This document shows positions 22,045 to 32,818 of a stretch of 64,000 bases of DNA, one piece after another (position 1 is the first letter of the stretch; every line of letters begins with the position of its first letter). Location of the stretch: the NCBI GenBank assembly GCA_020184695.1, contig JAANOX010000258.1, positions 620,001 through 684,000 on the forward strand, written 5' to 3'. The DNA comes from Histomonas meleagridis 2922-C6/04-290x. Its lineage: Eukaryota; Protista; Parabasalia. A program made the position numbers and the translations under genes. The notes below the pieces were generated by a model. The model saw nothing but the letters and a program-made list of their open reading frames with translations. It had not been told where the DNA came from and ran no database searches.

Positions 22045-23408
22045 CTAAAACTCAGGAAATCAATCGATAACCGAATTGCTACATTAAAAATAAAAAATGA
22101 ACAACATCCCAGTAGGAATGATCTAGGATAAGCATAAAGAAATATAAAGAAGAATGTAAAATATATAAGATTATATCATTTGCTATTAAATAAAAGCAAT
22201 ATCAAAGATGTATATTTGGCGAGAAAAGAAATATAATAATTTTCGAAACACAATGTCATAAAATATATTTAAAGTTAAATATTGCATGTTTTTAATTAGG
22301 GTTGGCAATGGGAGGAATTTGGATCCCAAATGGAGGGTTGGAAAAAGCGAAGTGGGGATAACGTGTTTTTCACGGTCTCTGTTTTTAACAACCAATTGAA
22401 GGTGGGTATATAATGCGATCATGATTATCATATATTTTTATTAAAATTACGATAGAAAAATCTTCGCTCCTTCTAACTGTTCTCCCATCTCTGTATTTAA
22501 ATCGAATTTGATTCGTTTCAATTGAAACCCTCGTTCTGTTGATGCCTCACATATTTCTTTTCTCGCCTGTTGCTTGAATATTAATGAAAAGTGAGCAAAT
22601 TCTTGAAAATAGTTTCCAACCATTATCAGATTCAAGACATTTGAATATCTGTGTTTCATAATAATTTTATGTGGTCGTTTCATATTTTCATCTTTCTCAT
22701 CTTCTTCATTGCATATTGAATAATGTTCTTATTTAATGTATTCCGCAGTTGAAAATTGTATAAATTATTAACAGAAGATTTCGGATTCGACTGCCCCTTT
22801 TTGATACACTTTTGAATAAAATATACATATATGCACGAGTAGCAAAACCAAGTGATAAATTCTGAAATTAAAGAAAAAAAATCCAAATTTAAATCTGTTT
22901 CTATATTCAAATTTCAATTGGGAGATTACACTAATTTGTAAAGAGATTTCACATAACACTTTTTTAGCATGCTTACTTCACTTTGGAAACGGGAATATTC
23001 CTACGTCCCAGGGACGCGTCCCCAGTCCACTTTTTGAATGTATACTTGGCTGGATGATGAATTATATTTTAACATATAAATTTAGCATTTTTCTTCCAAC
23101 GAATTCATTAAAAATAATATAAAATTTTACATAATTCTGTAAATCATGTACAAATATATTTATGTTTTTCTATAAATTGTACGATACAACTATTTCAATG
23201 TTGTAAGGAAATAATTAACTTTTTCATATGTCATATACTTATCGTCATGGAATTATCTTTTTGAAAATTTTCATAATATGTCAATAAATTGCCATTATAA
23301 ATGGCGCCATTATCAATTTTAGTTAAACCACAGAAATTTTATGATGCAATCTGATTGAACTTTGCAGTTGTCACTAAATTATATTATTTTTGAAGATTTA
23401 ATCATGTT

Positions 23409-23528
23409 ACTATTATGTATAACACTATTAATAATAACATTATTATGTATAACATTATTAATAATAACATTATTAATAATAACACTATTATGTATAACAC
23501 CATTAATAATAACACTATTATGTATAAC
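23409..23528. repeat. 15-nt minisatellite, about 8 units (A[C/T]TATTA-TGT/ATA-ATAAC)
   Basis: Directly visible tandem units. Confidence 0.9.
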
Positions 23529-23791
23529 ATTATTATTTGTACAAAATAATGACATTCTTTATGAATACATCGCTATATATAAAATTAAATTGACATTTTA
23601 ATCAATCACTCGATTACTTTTCTATCCAATTTATGAATAATTATTATTCAACTTATATACAAAATTCCTTAATTTCAACCGATATTAATATACATTGAAA
23701 AATATTTAAACGAATATATATTGTACAAAATTTATATTCCTTATATATATATATATATATATATCATAATTTTTGATCGACAACGATATAT

Positions 23792-25075
23792 GGTTAGGAT
23801 GCAAAAAGCCCTACATTTTGCGGTTTTTGAACGATAGGAAATTTGAAAGGAAAAAAAATGGCAATAAAAATATTCGACTTTTGATAAGGAGATCAAAGTC
23901 ATGTCAAAAAGTGAATAATGGCAAAATATCTTATTGGGGGGGGGGGTCTGATACACTTCGAAATCATTTTTCTAATAAAAATATTTTAAATTATGATTAG
24001 TTTATTAAGAAATTTCACCAATTATTGCTTTCCAGCATTTTTCAAATGTATTTCCTATATTTCTCTGAAAGCACCATTCATGGATATATGATTCGAGATA
24101 ATTTCTATCTCTAAATCCATTTTTTATGAGGTACCCTTTTATTAGATTCCATGTACCTTCTATTTTTTGAGTATTTGCCTCAGTAATTAAATCTACATAA
24201 TTTTCTGGGTGATTTACTGTTTTGTGTACATAACCTAGATTACTAAGAGTATTATATGCCTTCCATTCATCAGACCAAATTTCTGAATTAGGTCTAACTG
24301 TTGAACAAATAATTGGAATGAGAACTTCTTTCGATCTATTTTCGCAAATCTCAGCAACAACTCTCATTGTTTTACTGTCTATTTCGCCAAAAACCCAAAT
24401 TTCTTCCATTTCCTATGCACTTCCTTTGTTGTATTTAGCACCGAAAAAATGACTTTCATCAATTTCGACTATTCCATCACCAAGTAAATTCTGAGCTATA
24501 TCTTTTCGATATTCTTTTTCTGCAATAGATCGAAAAGTCTGAAACCATGTTAGTACTGATCGTTCACATACACCTGTAATTTTAGATGTAGTTCTTATAT
24601 CAAAACCTTCTACCCAACATGCTAAAATGTGAACAAATCCCCTTAATGAAAGTTTTGATTGTGATACCCATGAATCTAATCTGATTGATTTTGAATTTCT
24701 GCATTTACTTGAGCAGCATCTATATGCAGCACCATCAGGGTAACTTGGTGAGATATAAACTTTCATTAACGATTGACATTTCGAACATATTTGAATTTGG
24801 TGGATATCAGGAATGATTCCCTGCTCAGAGGCCCATTTGATGAAGCTTTTGTAATTTAATTTTAACACTTTCTTAATGGTTTCGAATTGCAATTGCATCA
24901 ATAAAAAAATGATCGACTTTTTGACTACTTTACAAACAAAAAATATGAATGCATTTTTATCGCTAACCGTTATAATAAATCTAATATTTTTTATCCAATA
25001 ACTGGCATCTCTATTTTTCCTCAAATTTCCTATCGTTCAAAAACCGCAAAATGGAGGGCGTTTTGCATCAGAGCC
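23792..25075 (-). mobile_element. Merlin / IS1595-family DNA transposon
   Basis: About 55-bp TIRs (GGTTAGGATGCAAAAAGCCC... / ...GCGTTTTGCATCAGAGCC) flanked by an 8-bp TSD with one mismatch (CGATATAT / CAATATAT). Encodes an ISXO2-type transposase. Confidence 0.9.
24005..24898 (-). pseudogene. ISXO2/IS1595-like DDE transposase with one in-frame stop
   Basis: Zn-ribbon (CSKC...CCSSKC), VEIDES, KYNKG-stop-E-MEEIWVFG, SDEWKAY, HKTVNH, NTQKIEGTW. The two ORF-track pieces are in the same frame. Confidence 0.88.
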
Positions 25076-25451
25076 CAATATATTGCGTATCATTAATGAT
25101 TTTATCCTACCCTATCCTACAACATTATCGTGAGAAAATTTTTTTTGAAAAATACAATCTTATTACATTATTGATTAATTATCCATAAAAATTCTTTGAA
25201 ATTATTCAATGTATTTAGATACATTTAGAAACACTATTTGAAACTTTCATATTATATAAAAATGATCAATTTGGTAAAACTTTATCAAAATTTTGAGTAA
25301 AAATTTTCCTGATTATTATATCAAAAAGCAAAAAATCTCAGAATTATTTTTATAAAAATTTTTGGTTAATGTCATGTCAATAAAAAAATATAAATATTAG
25401 AGAACATCAACGTCATGTTCATCAAAATTGAATCATATCCAATAACCTATA

Positions 25452-27823
25452 TTGAAATATTCGAGATCACTTCATTTAATGGAAACAAATCTATTTGATT
25501 TATCATCAATTGAGAAATTATATGAAATGGTACCTTCGGATCAAAAAGTACTATCTCATTTTATCAAAAAATTAGAAAAAGAAATTAATGTTTATGCAAT
25601 TCAACAAAATTACTTAATTCCAAAATTATTTATTCAAAATGGAGATATATTATTACCAATCAAACAAGCAGGTATTAATTTTTTCAATCAAGTCGAACTT
25701 TCCAAAATTCACTCAGAAGATATGTTTGAAATCATTGAATATTTCGAAAAGATCGCATTGGAGAATGGATTTAAATTATGCCGATGGGACGGTAAAAATG
25801 ACATCAGATGCAGACTCTATTGTGAAAAAGGAGGTAGAATTCGTAATTTCAAAAAGACTAAAAAAACAAAATGTCCATTCATCATAAAAATCACAAAAAA
25901 AGGTTTAAATGAATTTTATATATCTAAAAAATCTATATTATTTCATAATCACAACTATTATGAACCCACTAGATATTTAAGCGTATTACACAAGGCACCA
26001 AGAATGTGATTATTAAAAGATTGGGTACAATTCTTACGCCCACACAAATACAAGATATTATTCCAATTTTTGCACCTGAATAAAACCTTACAACATTTGA
26101 TATAGCACAAATTATTTATAAAAAAGAGCTCAAAAACTTTTTACCTGAAACTCTTATGCTTCAAGATTTTGTAGAAAAAAATGGTGGGAAAGTATTCTCA
26201 TTTGATATTGGATTTCCTGAAAAAGTAAGAAGAATTGCTATTTTGACAATTATGGACTACGAATTACATAATCTTGATTGTTTCTCAGACATAATCCGAA
26301 TTGATGGAACTCAACTCCCAACACATCAATTGCGTTGGGAAATGACGCCAATAACACTATTAGATAACGACTGTAGAATAAGATCTGGTGGTGTTTTATT
26401 TTCAGCCATGATGGATAAAACAATAATTAATTGGCTAATTCATAATTTATATACATTGAAAGAATTTCATTGTAAAACTATAATAACAGATGAAGACAGC
26501 GCTAATATACCTGCATTTAAAGAGTCAAACGCCGAAGGAATCAATTTTAATCACTTTTTATGTGCAAAACATAAAGAAAACAATTTTAACAAAATATTAA
26601 ATGAGTTTGGTTTGAGTAATAATCAAAAAAAAAGCTGCATCATTAATGGGTCATCAAATATGCTATGATAATAACCCAGAAGTAGTTGATGAATTAATCA
26701 AAAAATTACAAACAATACATCCTAAAATCAAAAAATACATGGAAGAAAATGTAATTCCTTTGAATACGAAATTTGCTAAATCAAAAATCAATGTTTTCAC
26801 GATAGGAATAAATATCACTAGTAATGCAGAATCAAGAAATAGAATGATTAAATGCAGTTAAATAAATCGACAAAAGATTTGCTTGCAATAAGACAAGCAA
26901 TTAATATATGCGATATGAATGCATATCATTCCAACCGCCAAAAAGATTATAGAAGAAGAAAAATGGAATCATCATTTCTATTTGAATTATGCCCAAAAAT
27001 ACAAATAAAACTAATGAAAGATTTGAAGAGGGCAAAAAATTATAAAATGACTTAAATGGTGGAAAACATATATATTTGTTGTCTTCCAGAATATAAGGAA
27101 TATTCAATAATGGTCACTCCTGAAAAATGTATTTGCAATGAACACATGGTTTCAGGAATTCCATGTGTTCACTTAATTTCCTTATATATTTATCTTGATG
27201 AAATCAATGAAGTTGGTCGTTTTATAAATCCATTTTGGATTAAAGAGCAAAATCACCAATTAAATGGTGAAATAGAAGATATAATGGTAAAATTTAACGA
27301 TGGTGAAAAAGAAGAATTAATATACTTCGAAGAAGAAGATAACGAAGAAGAAGATATAAGTGAATTAAAAGAAGAAAACCAAAAGGCTAGATATCTTGAA
27401 TATCTTCATAGAGGAAAAGAGATCGCTTTTCTTGCAAGTCGTTCGAATGATGCATATCGTGAAACATTGAAACAATTAAATTATATATATGAAAACATGC
27501 TTGGAATTCAGGGAGGAAATAAGATTGAAGATATTGATGGACTAATATTTGAAGATGCACCTGGAATTCCAAGATGCAGAATACGAACAACGAAAATGCA
27601 TCAACAAAATGTTAATCATTCAAAGATTTGTGAAATTTGTTCATTGCAACATGGAACAAAAGATTGCATTGGCTATAGTAGTAAGTGGGTAAAATTACAA
27701 CAAAAAATGAGCATGGAAGAAGGAAGGAGATGTAGTGTATGCAAAGAAATAGGTCATCATAAGAACAATTGTCCATTCAGAAATAAAATTAGAAATATAT
27801 ATTTTGAAAACGAAAATGCATAA
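25452..27823 (+). mobile_element. Mutator (MULE) transposase gene broken by frameshifts and stops
   Basis: FAR1-like N-terminus (LYCEKGG...KCPFIIKI...HNH), DDE core (RIDGT, ITDEDSA, HFLCAKHK, TSNAESRN), SWIM finger (CICNEHMVSGIPCVH) and zinc knuckle (CSVCKEIGHHKNNC). No TIRs identified. Confidence 0.85.
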
Positions 27824-27888
27824 ACATTACCAAATTCAAGTATTGTTATAAGATAATTATCAAGTTTTGAAATTCAACAATTCCAACA

Positions 27889-28401
27889 ATGAAAGAATTT
27901 AAAATTAAAAAAAAATCTATTAAAATATTTGAAGGAGAAAATTCGAAAACAACTTATAATAAATATTTGGGAGAAATTCCTCTAAAAGAATTTAATTCAA
28001 ATGATGAAATCAAAGTTACATTTAATGTTGATGCTAGTTTTATGTTTACAATATCACTAAATCAAATAAAGTCTGGAATAACAAAGAAAATAAAATTAGG
28101 ACTGAATGATGATATCCTGAATGAATTGAAAAAAAATGCATTGAAATATAAAGAAAATGATAATGATAATAATAGAAAAAATGATGTAATTAACGAACTC
28201 GAAGGATTTCGTTTAAGGCTAAAACAATCATTAAATTCAATATTAGATGAAATAAATGATACTTTCGAATGGATAGATGATAACAGAGATAAAAGTATTG
28301 ACGTAATCAATGAAAAGAAACTTGAAAAGAGAAAAAATATCAAAAATTTTGATTCACACCGAATAAACTATTCAATGCTCTTACACTTTTTGATTGGTTA
28401 A
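27889..28401 (+). pseudogene. Divergent Hsp70 C-terminal (substrate-binding/lid) fragment
   Basis: IKIFEGE...YLGEI...EIKVTFNVDASFMFTIS...NELEG resembles the Hsp70 SBD/lid. No ATPase domain. Confidence 0.65.
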
Positions 28402-28709
28402 CTAAAAAGTAATCAATGTTTGAAGTTTGTGCTGAGAAAAGAATTTTGTAAAATTTTATTTACTATATAATGCAATTTGTTTTGACTGTTCTCATCACTA
28501 ATTAAATAGGAATACATTTATAATAATTAGAATTTATTCTTCCTAATTTTCAAAAATTATTTTTGAACAATAAAACTATTAGTAAAAAGAGTATTTCGTG
28601 AAAGTTATGAAGCGTTCAGTTGTGCTGTATCTTTTTCCTTTTATCTTGTATCAAAAATGGAATTAGAGGTGTTTAGCTAAACGGTCGTATATACGTTATC
28701 TTATTTGGG

Positions 28710-31163
28710 ATGCAACAACTTGTATTTTCATCAGAAGAAGTATCAGAGCTAATTCAAAAGTTTGGAATTACAAAAGCAGCATCCATTATTGGTTATGAAA
28801 ATTCGATACTTGGTCAATTACATTCAATCAATATACAAATTCCCAAAGGATTCATAATAACAATTACAGCATCCAAAGAATTCGCATCATCAGGAAATGA
28901 CAAAATTGATTTTATTATAGATGAAGTACTCCATGGAGTAAAATTAATTGAAGAAAATACAAAAAAAAAATTTGGTTCCATTAAATTTCCACTTTTGCTT
29001 AACGCACGGGCTTGCTTGTCTATTAGTTCAGGAGGTTTACTACCAGAAATTTCAAATATTGGGTTAAATGATTTTACATCTTTAAGCCTAGAAAAAATCA
29101 CCAGAAACAAAACTTATATATGGCGAACGTATAGCCATTATATAAGGCGTTATGGTTCTATTATACTTCATATATCTGATGATGATTTTGAGACTGAGTT
29201 TCAAAATTTCCAAAAATCGAGAAATATTTCAAACACTGATTTACTTACAGGCAATGACTACATGTATTTATCTAAATTATATAAGTCTCTAATTGTCAAG
29301 AAAACAAATAAACCATTTCCACAAGATCCATTTGAACAATTGAAACAAATTATAATTTCATTTTTCAAATACCAAAACAATTCCTTTATACTTGCATTCC
29401 AAAAGCATCAAAATTCTGATAACAAAGGAATATCAATTTCGATATTTCCGACATTTTATGGCAAAGAAAACGAAATTCTCTTTAAATGTAAATTAACGAC
29501 ACGCGATGCATTTACAGGCATTTCCAAATATTATGGACATTATAGGAACAAATTAACAAATAAACCAAAGACTTCAATTGATACATTAGAAAAAACGCTT
29601 TATGAAAAAATGATAAAAATCTCAGAATCAATTGAAGCATATTTAAAAGAATCAAAATGTATCACATTTTTTATACATAACAATGAATGTTATGTTCTAA
29701 ATGTTACATCATTACAATTAACATCAGCCGGAAAATTCAAATTCATTAAAGATTTGGTTAAAAATGAATCAATAAATAAAATCGATGCATTTAAACTAAT
29801 TAATTATGATGATATTAGACAACTTTCTACTCCATTAATTAATGATTCGAATGAAAAAATATTTTGTAAAGGAAATTTTGCAAGTTCTTTTAATGTTACT
29901 GGAAAAGTCTTATTTAATACTTCTAATTTTGATGAAAACAAAAATGAAAATTTTATATATTTTAAAAATTCTTTAAATATTAATAACTTTGATTTATTTA
30001 TGAAATCGTCTGCAATTGTAACTTCATCAAATAATTCATTTTCACAAACAATCGCTTTGTTGTTTAAAAAAACAGCAGCGATTGGTTGTGATGGATTAAT
30101 TATTAATGAAGAAGAAAAAATTGCAAAATGTGGAAATAATATTATCCATGAAAATGATATTGTGACTGTTTCTGGTGATGGAATTGTTTATCTTAACAAA
30201 GTAAATATTCCAAAAGAAATAAGAATCGATAATTCTGACTTAAAAGAAATACTTTTATGGGCTGATGAAATCCGTAGAAATAAATTTTATATATATTCTC
30301 ACACGAATAATTTTGATGAAATTAATAAATCATTAGAAGTTGGTACTGATGGAATTTTATATTATCCGATTAAATCATTTTTTAATAATGAAAATGAAAA
30401 TGATATTAATGAATTTGAAGAAAATATTGTTAAAAAGTTAAAAGAAATTGTCGAAGTTATTAAAGATAAACCATTAATATTAACTCTTTTGGATTCATTT
30501 AAATCAAATTCTGATTATGATTATGATCCAATTGATCTCGCAGAAGAAATCGGTCAACTTAAAGCACAAAGAGAAAAATTCGAAGAAACTATTGATCAAG
30601 AAGAGATCGATACCAAAAAGAACATATTATTAAATGAAATAAATAACAAAAATAATAATAACATTAAAGGAGCATCATTTTTGATAATAAGAAAAGACAT
30701 TTTAAATATGCAAATGAGAGCAATTTTAAAAGTTATTAAAGATTTTAATGCGAATATACGCGTTTTAATACCATTTGTGAATGATGGTAATGAAATAATG
30801 GAAATAAAAAAAATAATTAATAAAATATCAAACGAAATTTCAGTAGGTGCAATCATAGAAACTCAAAGAGCTTTTTACGTTTCGGATCAAATTGCTAAAA
30901 ATTCCGATTTCGTTTGTATTTCTTCTGATGAATTAGGTAAAAATGATTTGATAAATAATGAAATAATAACTTATTCAATTAGAAAAATTAAAAAAATGGA
31001 AAAAGAAAAAGAAATTATTTTGTTATATGATAAATATGAAAATGATGACAAAAACGCTCTGGATCATTATTTAGAAGAAGGAATTAACTCATTTGTTTTT
31101 AATATTAATTCAATTCCATTAATGCGATTCTTCACTGCAAAAACATTAATTGATAAAGAATAA
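28710..31163 (+). CDS. Highly diverged pyruvate phosphate dikinase (PPDK)-like protein, probably catalytically inactive
   Basis: Collinear PPDK motifs (IPKGFIIT, PLLLNARA...LPEISNIGLND, KPFPQDPFEQL, TRDAFTG, ILNMQMRAI, VGAIIETQRA) with the phospho-His motif degenerate. Confidence 0.8.
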   Translation: MQQLVFSSEEVSELIQKFGITKAASIIGYENSILGQLHSINIQIPKGFIITITASKEFASSGNDKIDFIIDEVLHGVKLIEENTKKKFGSIKFPLLLNARACLSISSGGLLPEISNIGLNDFTSLSLEKITRNKTYIWRTYSHYIRRYGSIILHISDDDFETEFQNFQKSRNISNTDLLTGNDYMYLSKLYKSLIVKKTNKPFPQDPFEQLKQIIISFFKYQNNSFILAFQKHQNSDNKGISISIFPTFYGKENEILFKCKLTTRDAFTGISKYYGHYRNKLTNKPKTSIDTLEKTLYEKMIKISESIEAYLKESKCITFFIHNNECYVLNVTSLQLTSAGKFKFIKDLVKNESINKIDAFKLINYDDIRQLSTPLINDSNEKIFCKGNFASSFNVTGKVLFNTSNFDENKNENFIYFKNSLNINNFDLFMKSSAIVTSSNNSFSQTIALLFKKTAAIGCDGLIINEEEKIAKCGNNIIHENDIVTVSGDGIVYLNKVNIPKEIRIDNSDLKEILLWADEIRRNKFYIYSHTNNFDEINKSLEVGTDGILYYPIKSFFNNENENDINEFEENIVKKLKEIVEVIKDKPLILTLLDSFKSNSDYDYDPIDLAEEIGQLKAQREKFEETIDQEEIDTKKNILLNEINNKNNNNIKGASFLIIRKDILNMQMRAILKVIKDFNANIRVLIPFVNDGNEIMEIKKIINKISNEISVGAIIETQRAFYVSDQIAKNSDFVCISSDELGKNDLINNEIITYSIRKIKKMEKEKEIILLYDKYENDDKNALDHYLEEGINSFVFNINSIPLMRFFTAKTLIDKE

Positions 31164-31347
31164 TTTTTTGTTTATTTTATTTTAAATAAAAACAATAATT
31201 ATAATTTTTTATTTTGTGCTTTTTTAGTTTCTACTCAAGGTTATAAGTATTTTTTAATTGATGAATTCAGAATGATATCATTTTTTTCAATTGTTACTTT
31301 TTGTTTATTTATTACTTTTATTGTTTTCGATATGAAAAAAATCAAGA

Positions 31348-31419
31348 GTCTCCGTAGTCTAATGGTTAGAATAGGAGTTTAACACGCTCTTGACGGCAGT
31401 TCGATCCTGCCCGGAGACA
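31348..31419 (+). tRNA. tRNA-Val(AAC)
   Basis: Acceptor stem GTCTCCG/CGGAGAC, anticodon loop TT-AAC-AC, T-arm GGCAG-TTCGATC-CTGCC, downstream T-run terminator. Confidence 0.92.
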
Positions 31420-31515
31420 ATTTTTTGTTATTTTTGCCAAGTTAACACAAAAAACATCAAGTCAATTTTTTAACAGTACATGTGAAATTAAACGTTTGAA
31501 AAATATGTTTTCGAA

Positions 31516-32520
31516 ATGGAATTTAGGTTAAATGAAGATCTGCAAGACCTTTACCAAAGTAAAACATTAGCAAGCAGTCCATTTAGCGTGCATGCTAGCA
31601 AAACACATAGCCAAATTTCTATTACACGTAAGTGCATTGTAAATCAATGTTTATTTTGGTGTGATGTAGCCCAACGTTTCACAAAAAACATGCACAAATC
31701 TCCTCCAAAACCTGATCGTAATAACTCTAATCAAGTTGACACAATATCAGATTCATCATTCATTGTAGGCGTTATTGGCTGTGGATCGATTGGTTCCAAA
31801 TTTATCCGTAATCTTATCAAACTAAAAATTGTCTCTCCATCACAAATCCGAGTATCATCGCGCACACCTTCTAAAGCTAAACTTCGATGTAATTTAGATG
31901 TTATCTCTTCAAATACAGAAATTGCATCGCAGTGCACTGTCCTTTTTCTCTTTATTCTTCCCTTCCAGTTCCGTCAGATATATCAAGAAATTCGTGAATC
32001 CATTCAAATTAATCATCCATTAATCATTTCAACATTATCCGGGACCACAAAATTATATCTTCAAAGGTCACTTAATACTTCATTTGTTATCACCACTGGC
32101 ATTGATATCTCGGTAATTGAAACTTCTGTTGAAGATGAACATAATTTATTAGAATTTGAAGAAACCGATTTTCTTCATTCCGGAACATATAACAATGCGA
32201 AAGCTATGAAGTTGGTTGATTCAGCGTCATTCGCTGCCGAAAATCTGGTTCGCTGTGGTTTTGATTTTGTGAATTCAATAGTTTACACGCTATGTGAATG
32301 GGCATCAAAAGACCCAAACTTTGAAAGGATTAAGGCAAAGCCAGAAACTTATGAAAGGCTCTGGGAAAAGTCATTTGTTTCATTATCATCAATTTTAACA
32401 GAGGAAAAATTTGATCAAATTGGAAAATGTGAAATAAAGAAAGCATTTATTAGAGCACTTGTACGGAATGAAACCAATGAAAGAAAAGAACTAAGTAGCA
32501 GCTCTTTTCCACAACTATAG
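31516..32520 (+). CDS. NAD(P)-binding oxidoreductase, P5C-reductase/NOXRED1-like
   Basis: Rossmann motif VGVIGCGSIG followed by IRVSSRTP and VLFLFILP. Confidence 0.7.
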   Translation: MEFRLNEDLQDLYQSKTLASSPFSVHASKTHSQISITRKCIVNQCLFWCDVAQRFTKNMHKSPPKPDRNNSNQVDTISDSSFIVGVIGCGSIGSKFIRNLIKLKIVSPSQIRVSSRTPSKAKLRCNLDVISSNTEIASQCTVLFLFILPFQFRQIYQEIRESIQINHPLIISTLSGTTKLYLQRSLNTSFVITTGIDISVIETSVEDEHNLLEFEETDFLHSGTYNNAKAMKLVDSASFAAENLVRCGFDFVNSIVYTLCEWASKDPNFERIKAKPETYERLWEKSFVSLSSILTEEKFDQIGKCEIKKAFIRALVRNETNERKELSSSSFPQL

Positions 32521-32818
32521 ATAATTGAGTAATGAAAATCAAATATTTATATAAATATAAAGTGGGAAAAAATCTGTAGTATCGGTTTCACTTTTTGAAC
32601 GCGATTCTATTCAAACCGATCGAAAAGTGCCGCTTATTTTTTACAACTGTAAAAACAGTTTAGTGTAAAGACTGAATATCGAATTTTTTAACGATTTTAT
32701 CAATTTATTTATTCACTTTTTATGATAGTTTTTTTTTAAAGAAATATTAAAATTTTATTATTGATGTTTAGCTTTGATGGAACTGATCAGTTCATATGTA
32801 AAAAGATTATTTTATCTT

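Noticed and set aside
22186-23040. Short minus-strand ORF pieces and a GGGACGCGTCCC palindrome near 23007
   Set aside because: Possibly a decayed element, but no recognisable motif or terminus could be supported.
23409-23528. 15-nt repeat with a two-state triplet (TGT/ATA) as another cassette array
   Set aside because: Only two alternating variants and no flanking coding frame, so it is consistent with an ordinary minisatellite.
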